DNA from: Clostridia bacterium
GTDB taxonomy: Bacteria; Bacillota; Clostridia; RGIG7378
Assembly (NCBI GenBank): GCA_017501105.1
Contig: JAFVXO010000055.1
Coordinates: 1 to 26,708, forward strand
Direction of reading: 5' to 3'
Length of the DNA stretch: 26,708 nt
Both the position numbers and the translations under genes were made by a program. Under the pieces are notes generated by a model. The model searched no databases. It had not been told where the DNA came from and saw only the letters and a program-made list of their open reading frames with translations. This document shows positions 15,876 to 24,581 of this stretch, piece after piece (within the stretch, counting starts at the first letter, position 1; the number at the start of each line of letters is the position of its first letter).

Positions 15876-16234
15876 TTAACATAAAAGACAAGTTAAATAA
15901 CAGCAAAATTGTTGTAATCATCAGTATAGTTGCCCTATGTGCTATGTTGATTATTACTTTTACGGAAATTTTTGCAGACGACAAATCGGATATTATTAAC
16001 TCCGAATTCAACGAAACAAGTAATTCGGATCTGAATTATTATCTCAGTGCCATAGAAGGTGTAGGTAATGCTCAATCATTAATTAGCTATGATAGAGACG
16101 GTTATCCAATGGGAGCCGTAGTCATTTGTGATAACCTAAACAAGGAGACCGAATATAAGGTTAAAAATGCCGTCCATGTAATTACAGGAATTCCCCTAAG
16201 CGATATCTGTGTATATTCTGGCAGTAATAATTAG
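15872..16234 (+). CDS. SpoIIIAG-like protein (one TM plus minimal ring-building motif)
   Basis: 120 aa. TM helix IVVIISIVALCAMLIITF, then LSAIEGVGNAQSLISY-DRDGYPM-GAVVICDNLNKETEYKVKNAVHVITGIPLSDICVY. This matches the SpoIIIAG C-terminal pattern 'L..IeGVg.v.V.i......GV.VVaeGa....k..i..Av..l..v....I.V', but only about 7 residues sit where the Bacillus protein has a long insertion. Confidence 0.6.
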   Translation: MINIKDKLNNSKIVVIISIVALCAMLIITFTEIFADDKSDIINSEFNETSNSDLNYYLSAIEGVGNAQSLISYDRDGYPMGAVVICDNLNKETEYKVKNAVHVITGIPLSDICVYSGSNN

Positions 16235-16282
16235 GTAATGGTCATCATAATATCAACTAAAGACAAATAAGTGAGGATTATT

Positions 16283-16885
16283 ATGATGATTATTAAGAGA
16301 AAACAGATAATTGTTGTTGCCGTTGCATTGCTACTATTGTTGGCGGGAGTTGTACAGATTGTATTTGGTGGACGCAATACAGATATACCCAGCCAAGGCG
16401 ACAACACCGAAGTAGTGGACAAAGACTCTAATAACAGTAGTAGCGTTATATTTGACGACGTTGTTTCTGATTCAAATTCCAACTCGGACGTAAATGTAGA
16501 TGCAGATATTTCTACACCATCAGATAAGGATTTTAACAACTTTTTTGCATACGAAAAGACTGAACGTAAATCATTGAGAGAAAACCGCCAGGAAGCCCTG
16601 AACAGCATTACTGAGAGTCAGACTGCGGATGAAGCCTCCAAATCTCAGGCATATACGTCTCTTATGGAGTTGGTGGCTCTTACTGAGAAGGAACAATCCC
16701 TTGAAAACATGATTATTGGCTGTGGATATGATGACTGCATTGTATATTTCTTTGAAGATGGAACAATTGATGTATGCGTTGCCGCAACTGAGATGTCGGG
16801 AGTAGAGGCAACTAAAATAGCTGACATTGTTGCCAGGAATACAGCCACCACTTTAGACAACGTCTACGTTAAGACTAAGTTCTAG
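16283..16885 (+). CDS. spoIIIAH: stage III sporulation protein AH
   Basis: N-terminal TM helix (IIVVAVALLLLLAGVV), a polar acidic linker, and the C-terminal pattern SLENMIIGCGYDDCIVYFFEDGTIDVCVAATEMSGVEATKIADIVARNT typical of SpoIIIAH. Start is ATG 16283 or 16286 (GAGGA at 16273-16277); the track uses GTG 16271. Confidence 0.75.
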   Translation: MMIIKRKQIIVVAVALLLLLAGVVQIVFGGRNTDIPSQGDNTEVVDKDSNNSSSVIFDDVVSDSNSNSDVNVDADISTPSDKDFNNFFAYEKTERKSLRENRQEALNSITESQTADEASKSQAYTSLMELVALTEKEQSLENMIIGCGYDDCIVYFFEDGTIDVCVAATEMSGVEATKIADIVARNTATTLDNVYVKTKF

Positions 16886-16889
16886 TCAC

Positions 16890-16918
16890 TTGTATTGCTT
16901 TCTTTGATTTGGTATAAT
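16890..16918 (+). promoter_or_regulatory. sigma-A promoter with extended -10 (TTGTAT - 17 nt incl. TG - TATAAT) for the nusB-xseAB-ispA-dxs gene string
   Basis: TTGTAT at 16890-16895, TGg at 16910-16912 and TATAAT at 16913-16918, 33 nt upstream of the nusB ATG. Confidence 0.5.
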
Positions 16919-16950
16919 TCTCGAGTATTTTATACTTAATTGGAGAATGT

Positions 16951-17370
16951 ATGAGCAGGAGAGACGCCAGAATTGCAGCCATGCAAATGATGTACAGAAA
17001 CAGGTTACAGGATGTACCCGGTGACACGGCCGTAGAGTCAATTCTTAACCAGTTCGACATGATGAGCAGTGACAGTCTTACAATCGATGATCTTAGATTT
17101 TCCAAGTCCATTATTGCTGGCGTGGAGAACAATATTGACGCTATTGATTCCATCATTTCCGACAGCACTGTCAATTGGAAGATCGAACGACTGCCCATAG
17201 TGGATTTGTGCATACTCCGTATGGCTATTTACGAAATTCTCTACTGCCAGGATATACCTGATTCAGTTGCTGCCAGCGAGGCCATTGCTATTGCTGCTAA
17301 GTACAGTACGGATGATGCATCCACATATATCAATGGCATTCTGCGTAGCGTTATTGACAGCAAATCATGA
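16951..17370 (+). CDS. nusB: transcription antitermination factor NusB
   Basis: MSRRDARIAAMQMMY..., RLPIVDLCILRMAIYEILY...IPDSVAASEAIAIAAKYSTDDASTYINGILRSV. 139 aa. Confidence 0.93.
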   Translation: MSRRDARIAAMQMMYRNRLQDVPGDTAVESILNQFDMMSSDSLTIDDLRFSKSIIAGVENNIDAIDSIISDSTVNWKIERLPIVDLCILRMAIYEILYCQDIPDSVAASEAIAIAAKYSTDDASTYINGILRSVIDSKS

Positions 17371-18587
17371 GTACAAACGGCACAGACATCAGATATTCTG
17401 TATCAGATGTTAACAAGTACATTAAGTCCGTTATTTCAGGTGATGTTGTTTTACAAAACCTCACTGTTGTTGGAGAGATTTCCAATTTTAAGGCCCATTA
17501 TACGGGCCATCTTTATTTTTCTTTAAAAGATAGCTCAGCACTCATTAAGTGCGTTATGTTCAAGAGCAATGTTTCCTCCTTAATGTTCCGACCTGCAGAT
17601 GGGATGAAGGTTATGGTTACCGGTTCAGTTTCTGTTTTTGAGCGTGATGGCACATACCAGATATATGTTAGGTCCATGAGTGAGGATGGTGTTGGATCTT
17701 TAGCACAGCAGTTTGAGGAACTCAAGCGCAAACTCAGCGATATGGGTTATTTTAATCCTGAGCACAAGATCCCTATTCCCGTATTTCCCAGGACCATTGC
17801 AGTTATTACTTCCTCTACCGGAGCTGTTATCAGGGATATTATCAACGTATCCACCCGCCGGTTCCCTGGAGTTCACATCAGATTGCTGCCTGTAGCAGTA
17901 CAGGGCCCCTCTGCGGCAAAGCAGATTGCCTATGCCATTGACTGTGCAAACAAATACTCTCTTGGAGAGGTTATTATCGTTGGCAGAGGAGGAGGTTCGT
18001 TGGAGGACTTGTGGCCATTTAATGAAGAAATTGTGGCTCACGCTGTATACAATTCAAAGCTCCCCATCATATCTGCAGTTGGCCATGAAACGGACTTTAC
18101 TATTTGTGATTTTGTTGCAGATCTTAGGGCACCAACACCATCTGCAGCAGCAGAGCTTGCTCTGCCAAATGTATCGGAGGAATCCCTTAAAATTCGTGAT
18201 TTCAGTAATCAGATAGATAAGGGGTTGCTCAACATTCTTGCTTATGAGAAACTATATTTAGACAATCTCTGCCGAAATCGATTTCTGTCTGATCCGTATG
18301 AATATATCAATCACCAGAGAATGGAAATCGATTCGTCGCATATGTCTTTAAATCACATAGCTGAATCGATAATCTCAGGTGAAAAGTTAGTTCTTCACCG
18401 TTTGATTACGGCTTTGGATGCATTGGATCCCTATTCAGTCCTCGAACGAGGATATACTACAGTTACAGACAGTAGTGAACGACCAGTAACCGATGTTTCA
18501 GGTATAAGCGCAGGGGACAATATTAACATAATCTTTCGCGACGGTACCGCACTTTGCAAAGTAATGGAGGTAAAGAAACATGATTGA
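17367..18587 (+). CDS. xseA: exodeoxyribonuclease VII large subunit
   Basis: 406 aa. N-terminal OB fold (VVGEISNFKAHYTGHLYFSLKD), then IAVITSSTGAVIRDI, VGRGGGSLEDLWPFNEE and SAVGHETDFTICDFVADLRAPTPSAAAE. ATGA overlap with nusB. Confidence 0.93.
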   Translation: MSTNGTDIRYSVSDVNKYIKSVISGDVVLQNLTVVGEISNFKAHYTGHLYFSLKDSSALIKCVMFKSNVSSLMFRPADGMKVMVTGSVSVFERDGTYQIYVRSMSEDGVGSLAQQFEELKRKLSDMGYFNPEHKIPIPVFPRTIAVITSSTGAVIRDIINVSTRRFPGVHIRLLPVAVQGPSAAKQIAYAIDCANKYSLGEVIIVGRGGGSLEDLWPFNEEIVAHAVYNSKLPIISAVGHETDFTICDFVADLRAPTPSAAAELALPNVSEESLKIRDFSNQIDKGLLNILAYEKLYLDNLCRNRFLSDPYEYINHQRMEIDSSHMSLNHIAESIISGEKLVLHRLITALDALDPYSVLERGYTTVTDSSERPVTDVSGISAGDNINIIFRDGTALCKVMEVKKHD

Positions 18588-18816
18588 CCAACAGATGACT
18601 TATGAAGCTGCTAAGCAGGAGCTAAGTTCAATTGTATCTAGGCTGCAGGCCGGCAATCTGACCCTTGATGAGTCTATTACTCTGTTTACTCGTGGTAAGC
18701 AGCTGTCCAAGTTCTGCCTGGATAAACTCAACGAGACAGAGGCCAAGATTACTAAGGTAATCTCTTTATCTGAAGATAATATTGCAGAGGAGAACTTTAT
18801 CCCCAATGAACAATAA
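18580..18816 (+). CDS. xseB: exodeoxyribonuclease VII small subunit
   Basis: 78 aa. YEAAKQELSSIVSRLQAGNLTLDESITLFTRGKQLSKFCLDKLNETEAKI. Overlaps xseA by 8 nt. Confidence 0.9.
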   Translation: MIDQQMTYEAAKQELSSIVSRLQAGNLTLDESITLFTRGKQLSKFCLDKLNETEAKITKVISLSEDNIAEENFIPNEQ

Positions 18817-19690
18817 CTATTCAATTCAGTATTCCAGATATCTTGAGGAAATCAACACCTATCTTGAGGAGTTTTCTTCTCAGGGCAAATATTCTAATTC
18901 CTCCAGTGTTTTTGAGTCAGTCAGATATTCTCTTCTTGGAGGCGGCAAGCGAATCAGACCGGTGCTGGCTCTGGCTGTTGGTACCATTCTTGGACTAAGT
19001 ACCCAGGATGTTTTGCCATTTGCTGCTGCAGTAGAGATGATTCATACCTATTCACTAATTCACGACGATTTGCCGGATATGGACGATGACGATCTGCGTC
19101 GCGGCAGGCCCTCAAACCATATTGTATTTGGCAACGCTACAGCTATTTTGGCCGGTGACGCTCTGCAGGCCATGGCTTTTGAATCTGTTTTGTCGGGTTC
19201 CGGCGATTTAAATTATACAAACGCAGCCCTATTCCTAGCCGAATCTGCTGGACTATCCGGAATGGTTGGCGGTCAAGGTATAGATGTGGAGTTTTCATCC
19301 GGCACATTGGAACTTGACCAACTTATTGATATGCACATGCTTAAAACCGGAGCCATTATGGAGGCTGCTATAGTTGGACCGATGCACCTTTGCAGAACAT
19401 CAGGAGATTTGTATGCCAAGTTGGAAAATTACGCTCGCTATGTGGGATTGGCATTCCAGATCAGAGACGACATTTTGGATGTAGAGGGTGATGTTTCGGT
19501 ATTGGGCAAGGAGACCAATCGGGACGTCGATTTGTCCAAAAATACATTTGTCAGCTTGTTGGGTCTTGAGGAATCCAAGAGATATCTGGCAGAATGTACT
19601 GAAAACGCCGTTAAAATAGCAAAGTCCATTGGGGATGAGGGATGGTTCCTGGCAGAGTTTGCTAAGGAAGGTCAAACGCGCGTAAAGTAA
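18806..19690 (+). CDS. ispA: (2E,6E)-farnesyl diphosphate synthase / short-chain polyprenyl synthase
   Basis: First Asp-rich motif LIHDDLPDMDDDDLRRGRP and second motif FQIRDDILD. GGGKRIRP near the N-terminus. Start placed at ATG 18806; the track's TTG 18782 is also possible. Confidence 0.9.
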   Translation: MNNNYSIQYSRYLEEINTYLEEFSSQGKYSNSSSVFESVRYSLLGGGKRIRPVLALAVGTILGLSTQDVLPFAAAVEMIHTYSLIHDDLPDMDDDDLRRGRPSNHIVFGNATAILAGDALQAMAFESVLSGSGDLNYTNAALFLAESAGLSGMVGGQGIDVEFSSGTLELDQLIDMHMLKTGAIMEAAIVGPMHLCRTSGDLYAKLENYARYVGLAFQIRDDILDVEGDVSVLGKETNRDVDLSKNTFVSLLGLEESKRYLAECTENAVKIAKSIGDEGWFLAEFAKEGQTRVK

Positions 19691-19691
19691 G

Positions 19692-21551
19692 ATGAATCCA
19701 TTATTAGCTAGGATCAAATCCAGAGAAGATCTGGTCAATATGAATCTATCTGAGCAATCAGAACTCTGCGATGCAATCCGATTGTTTCTTGTAGACAGTG
19801 TTTCCAAAACAGGAGGCCACTTGGCATCTAACCTGGGAGTAGTAGAGTTGGCCGTTGCCCTGGAGAGAAACCTGGATACTTCCGTAGACAGACTTGTCTG
19901 GGATGTAGGACACCAGGCATATGTACACAAGATTTTGACGGGCAGGGGAGATGCCTTTGACAAGTTGCGCTCAATGGGAGGCTTGTCAGGTTTTCCCAAG
20001 ACATCAGAGAGCGTTTCCGATGCATTTAATACTGGACATAGTAGCACATCTATCTCTGCCGCCTATGGTATGGCCTGTAGTAGAGATTTACTCGGTCAAA
20101 GCCACAAGGTTGTTGCTGTAATTGGTGATGGTGCTCTGACCGGCGGTATGGCATATGAGGCATTAAACGATATCAGCGATTACAAAAACCAACTTCTGAT
20201 AATTGTCAACGATAACGGCATGTCTATTTCAAATAACAAGGGTGGACTGTCTAAATCTCTTGACAAGGTCCGTGTCAGTGCCGGATACCAGCGAACCAAG
20301 ATTCGTGTCAAAAACAGACTCAGTAGAAATGCTTTTGGCAGATTTGTCAGCAGAGTTATTAGCTTGACCTTGACGGCAATTAAGAGGCTTTTTATCAAAA
20401 ATCAGTTCTTTGAATCTCTTGGTATCAAGTATGTCGGCCCTATTGATGGACACGATTTGGATACGCTTAATTACTACATCAAAAATGCCCTCAATATTCA
20501 AGGGCCGGTGGTTCTGCATATAAATACAATCAAGGGATTAGGTTATCAGTTCGCATCTGAGCATCCGGATAAATTCCATGGAATCGGCCCCTTTGATCCA
20601 GAATCAGGTGAATTAATCAGGCAATCCAGTGAATCCTGGTCCCATGCGGCCATAGATTGTCTCTGCATGCAGGCAGAGCACGATCCTCGTATTGTATCAA
20701 TCGTTGCTGCTATGGCCTCAGGTACTGGTATGAATCTGTTTGCAGACAAGTATCCCAACCGTTTCTTTGATGCAGCTATTGCTGAACAGCACGCGGTTAC
20801 CCTTGCTGCAGGTATGGCGATATCCGGCCTGATCCCCTTTGTAGATATTTATTCGACTTTTTTACAGAGGGCCTACGATCAGATACTTCACGATGTTTGT
20901 CTGCAGAACCTTCACGTGGTTTTCCTTGTGGACAGATGTGGTGTGGTTGGCGAGGATGGCGAAACGCACCAGGGTTTGTTTGACTATTCATTTATGCGAT
21001 CCATGCCAAACATGACTATATTGGAACCATTTAATAGAGAAACTCTGGAGGAATGTATCCGATATGCAGCCTGTGATGCTTCAGGTCCTGTCGCTATCAG
21101 ATTTTCCAGGGGGGCTGTACCTACGATTGAGGGTACATGTTCTTCTATCAATGAGTCTCTATGCCTTCGTAACGGTAGTGATGTTGCAATATGCGCTACA
21201 GGTTCCACGGTAATAAAGGCACTGAATGTAGCTGACTTGCTCAGTGAGCAGGGAATATCTGCTGCTGTGATTTGTCCAATCACAATTTGTCCTGTAATAA
21301 CGGATGGATTACTCGGTAGGCTAAATGGCTTTAGGAATATTGCTACTATCGAAGCCTCATGCTATGACACAGGCTTCGGCCAGGCTCTTAAAGCATATAT
21401 GGCCGATGTTGATTCGTCTGTCAATGTTATACCCTTTGCATATCCCAATGAACCTATCACCCATGGAAAAGTTTCAGATGTAGACAAGATGTACGGAATG
21501 TCTCCTGAAGCAATTAGCCAGCGTATTCTAAAGGAAATCAATGCGTCTTGA
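19692..21551 (+). CDS. dxs: 1-deoxy-D-xylulose-5-phosphate synthase
   Basis: 619 aa. GGHLASNLGVVEL, WDVGHQAYVHKILTGR, GHSSTSISAAYGMA, GDGALTGGMAYEALN, AIAEQHAVTLAAGMA, GEDGETHQG. Confidence 0.95.
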   Translation: MNPLLARIKSREDLVNMNLSEQSELCDAIRLFLVDSVSKTGGHLASNLGVVELAVALERNLDTSVDRLVWDVGHQAYVHKILTGRGDAFDKLRSMGGLSGFPKTSESVSDAFNTGHSSTSISAAYGMACSRDLLGQSHKVVAVIGDGALTGGMAYEALNDISDYKNQLLIIVNDNGMSISNNKGGLSKSLDKVRVSAGYQRTKIRVKNRLSRNAFGRFVSRVISLTLTAIKRLFIKNQFFESLGIKYVGPIDGHDLDTLNYYIKNALNIQGPVVLHINTIKGLGYQFASEHPDKFHGIGPFDPESGELIRQSSESWSHAAIDCLCMQAEHDPRIVSIVAAMASGTGMNLFADKYPNRFFDAAIAEQHAVTLAAGMAISGLIPFVDIYSTFLQRAYDQILHDVCLQNLHVVFLVDRCGVVGEDGETHQGLFDYSFMRSMPNMTILEPFNRETLEECIRYAACDASGPVAIRFSRGAVPTIEGTCSSINESLCLRNGSDVAICATGSTVIKALNVADLLSEQGISAAVICPITICPVITDGLLGRLNGFRNIATIEASCYDTGFGQALKAYMADVDSSVNVIPFAYPNEPITHGKVSDVDKMYGMSPEAISQRILKEINAS

Positions 21552-22347
21552 TATTTATTTAGTTGACTACATGGACTTTGAAAGTCGCTCCAAGGCAAAA
21601 TATGCCATCGAGAAGGGTTCCATAACCGTTAATGGGGTAGTTTGTACAAAAACATCTACTCAGGTTTCAGGTTCAGATAATGTATCTGTTGTTAAATCAC
21701 TAATGCCCTATGTTGGTAGAGGAGGCTTAAAGCTCGATGGGGCCATAAAGTCTTTTGGCCTGGATGTAACAGGCAAAACTGCCTTGGATATTGGCTCCTC
21801 CACAGGTGGATTTACAGATTGCCTGCTGCAGCATGGAGCATCCAAGGTATTGGCTGTGGACATAGGACACGATCAATTGCATAACAATCTGAGAGAAGAT
21901 AGTCGTGTGATATGTATGGAGGGGACGGACATCCGCAACCTTACCCATGAACAAGTGCTTGATGCATTGGAAAAACTCCCGGAAATCATAGTGTCCGATG
22001 TTTCATTTATATCGGTTTTAAAGATTATCCAAGCAGTATATACACTTTCGGACAATAATACACAAATTGTTTTACTGCTGAAACCTCAATTTGAAACCGA
22101 AGGGATTGGACTTGGGAAAAATGGTATTGTTAGGGACCCAAAAAAACACAAATCCATTGCAACCCGCGTTGTTTCAAAGCTTGAGGAGTCAGGCATCCAC
22201 ATTTGCAACATTATTCCGTCTCCAATAAAAGGAGGAGACGGCAACATTGAATACCTTTTGCTGTGTAAAAAGAAGGTTGACTTCTCTGAAAATATAGTTG
22301 AAAATTACAACATAGATGCAATAATCAAAGAAGCTTTCAGTTCTTAG
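21541..22347 (+). CDS. tlyA: TlyA-family 16S/23S rRNA (cytidine-2'-O)-methyltransferase (YqxC-like)
   Basis: S4 domain (RLDIYLV...SRSKAKYAIEKGSITVNG), YVGRGGLKLDGAI, and SAM motif ALDIGSSTGGFTDCLLQHGA..VLAVDIG. Overlaps dxs by 11 nt. Confidence 0.88.
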   Translation: MRLDIYLVDYMDFESRSKAKYAIEKGSITVNGVVCTKTSTQVSGSDNVSVVKSLMPYVGRGGLKLDGAIKSFGLDVTGKTALDIGSSTGGFTDCLLQHGASKVLAVDIGHDQLHNNLREDSRVICMEGTDIRNLTHEQVLDALEKLPEIIVSDVSFISVLKIIQAVYTLSDNNTQIVLLLKPQFETEGIGLGKNGIVRDPKKHKSIATRVVSKLEESGIHICNIIPSPIKGGDGNIEYLLLCKKKVDFSENIVENYNIDAIIKEAFSS

Positions 22348-22355
22348 GAGGGACA

Positions 22356-22826
22356 ATGTCTACTGTAAAAGACAGGCGTCAGCAGAAGATTTTAGAGATT
22401 ATCAGGGGAAGTGTCATCAGGACCCAGGATGAGCTGGCTACGGCTTTGCTTCGCTATGATATTTCTGCAACCCAGGCCACACTTTCGAGGGATCTTAGAG
22501 AACTTAATGTACACAAGATTGCCGATGCTTCTGGAGTGGTGCGACTCACATCTCCTAACAATTATAACAACATCTCCTTTAATGATAAGTTTATTTCAAT
22601 AATCAGCAATTCCTATGTTTCAGTGGATTACGCTAATAATCTGGTTGTACTTCGCACATTATCCGGTATGGCACAGGCTGCCGCGGCTGTTTTTGATTCT
22701 CGTCAATATGACGGCATACTTGGCACAGTTGCAGGTGATGACACTATCCTGATCATTTGTCGAAGTAGTGAGGCTGCAGAGCAAATTGTAAATACTCTCA
22801 GGCCTTTTGGTGAAGATAATGCTTGA
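22356..22826 (+). CDS. argR: arginine repressor
   Basis: KDRRQQKILEIIRGSVIRTQDELATALLRYDISATQATLSRDLRELNV, and C-terminal GTVAGDDTILIICRS. 156 aa. GGAGGGA RBS. Confidence 0.92.
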   Translation: MSTVKDRRQQKILEIIRGSVIRTQDELATALLRYDISATQATLSRDLRELNVHKIADASGVVRLTSPNNYNNISFNDKFISIISNSYVSVDYANNLVVLRTLSGMAQAAAAVFDSRQYDGILGTVAGDDTILIICRSSEAAEQIVNTLRPFGEDNA

Positions 22827-24512
22827 TAGGCTTACTGTAAATAATATTGCATTAATCGAAGAATCCTGTGTCACTCTTGACAGAGGGTTTAATGTTGTTA
22901 CTGGCGAAACAGGAAGCGGCAAAACTATCTGGCTTGAGTCCCTTAAGTTAATCTGTGGTTCCAGAATGAACAAGGACTACATTCGCACAGGATGTCAGAC
23001 CGCATCTGTGGAGGCTGTATTTTCATCCAAGGCCACTTCAGTTTGTAGCTCACTGGAATCTGCTGGAGTTCCCATCAATCCTACTGGCAAGATAACTTTA
23101 TATCGCGAAATTAATACAAATGGCCAGAGCAGTGCAGGGTTAACAACATATCGGTCTCTGTCCAGACGCTGAGAGACATTGCTTCCGGTTTGATCGATAT
23201 CCATGGACAGTATGACAATCAGTCCTTGTTTGTTTCATCCAAGCACCTGGATCTATTGGACGATTTCGGCTTTGAGACAATATCCATGCACAAGGCTGAA
23301 TATTTGAATATTTATACCGAGTGCCTTGGTATAAAGGACAAGCTTAAGTCCGTGCGAGGCTCTGACCAGGAGAGACAAAAGGTCAGGGATTTGCTGGAGT
23401 ATCAGATTAACGAGTTAGAAACAGCCAAATTGTCTCACGAGGAGTTTAATAAACTCTCTTCCTTAAAGAAGAAGTTGCTCTATGCAGAAAAAATTAAGAA
23501 TCATTCATCCAATGCGATTACTCAGCTGGTATCATCCTACGGCGACCAGGACTCTACCATTACCAGGCTTCAAGAGGCAGGCAGGGAGCTGTCCAAGGCC
23601 GCAGCACTGGACAATAGTTTTGCTATTATCTCAGACAGATTGCTTACAGCCGGCATCGAGCTCAAGGACATTAGCGATGAACTTATTTCATTGGTAGATA
23701 ACCTGGGTTTTGATTCTACAGATATTGAAAATGTAGAATCAAGACTGGGCATTTACGATAAGTTGATACGCAAATACGGCGGCTCTTTAGATTCAGCAAT
23801 TGAGCATCTTAGTCGATCCAGGACTGAGTTGGCCGACATAGATAACACCAGTCAACTTGCAGCAAAATACACTTCCGATTTGGCCAATGCACGGGAAAGG
23901 CTAAAGGCACAGGCTTTAATATTGACTAAAGATCGCAGGCAGGTTGCCAAGTTTATGGAGGAAAAGATTACCTCCGAACTTAAGGACCTGGAGATGAACA
24001 ACGTTACATTTAGGGTTGTATTTAACGAATACGATCCCGATACGGCAAAACTGGGTCGTAATGGATTTGATGTGCTCGAATTTTGCATTTCTGTAAATCC
24101 GGGCGAACCACTTAAGCCTCTGGCCAAAATCGGCTCAGGTGGCGAAATTTCTCGTATAATGCTGGCAATTAAAACCATTATTTCAGAGATAGATAATATT
24201 GAGACCGTTGTGTTTGACGAAATTGACACAGGTATTTCCGGCGTTGCTGCCCAACAGGTCGGACTAAAATTAAAGCACATTAGCAAAGACCATCAGGTTA
24301 TTTGTGTAACCCATCACGGAATTGTCGCGGCAATGTCCGATAATCACTACTGCATTGAAAAAACAATTTTCGATGGACGTACATATTCAAAAATTGGCAA
24401 ATTGGACTACGAATCAAAGGTTCGTGAGATTTCAAGAATCATCGGCGGCAGCAATATAACAGAATCTGACATTGCACATTCCAGGGAACTAATCAAAAAG
24501 TTTACAGAATAA
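22819..24512 (+). pseudogene. recN: DNA repair protein RecN, reading frame interrupted by an apparent 1-nt deletion near 23131-23133
   Basis: Two ORFs (track 22807-23172 and 23190-24512) together make a normal RecN. The N-fragment reads MLDRLTVNNIALIEE...GFNVVTGETGSGKT...ITLYREINTNGQSS, then goes out of frame (AGLTTYRSLSRR*). The other frame is open from 23115 and reads CRVNNISVSVQTLRDIASGLIDIHGQYDNQSLF..., a coiled coil, ...GGEISRIMLAIK...VVFDEIDTGISG. The span 22819-24512 is 1694 nt (3n+2), so restoring one base gives a 564-aa protein. The downstream fragment has only a TTG and no RBS. Confidence 0.85.
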
Positions 24513-24581
24513 ATCATTTTCATTTGCTAATACTTTTCCTAGAGAAAAACGCCGAAAGCAAATAGGAAAACAATAAAACGT

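Noticed and set aside
23115-23172. Programmed ribosomal frameshift as the explanation for the recN split.
   Set aside because: There is no slippery heptamer, homopolymer or obvious downstream structure at the shift site, and recN is not known to use recoding. A mutation or sequencing error is far more parsimonious.
24513-24581. Sigma-F/sigma-G-type forespore promoter upstream of spoIVB, and a weak hairpin (TTTGCT...AGCAAA) after recN.
   Set aside because: I could not match the recalled GYATA-N15-GGnnAnAHTR or GHATR...CATnnTA consensus convincingly. The inverted repeat has 6-bp arms, a ~29-nt loop and no T-run.
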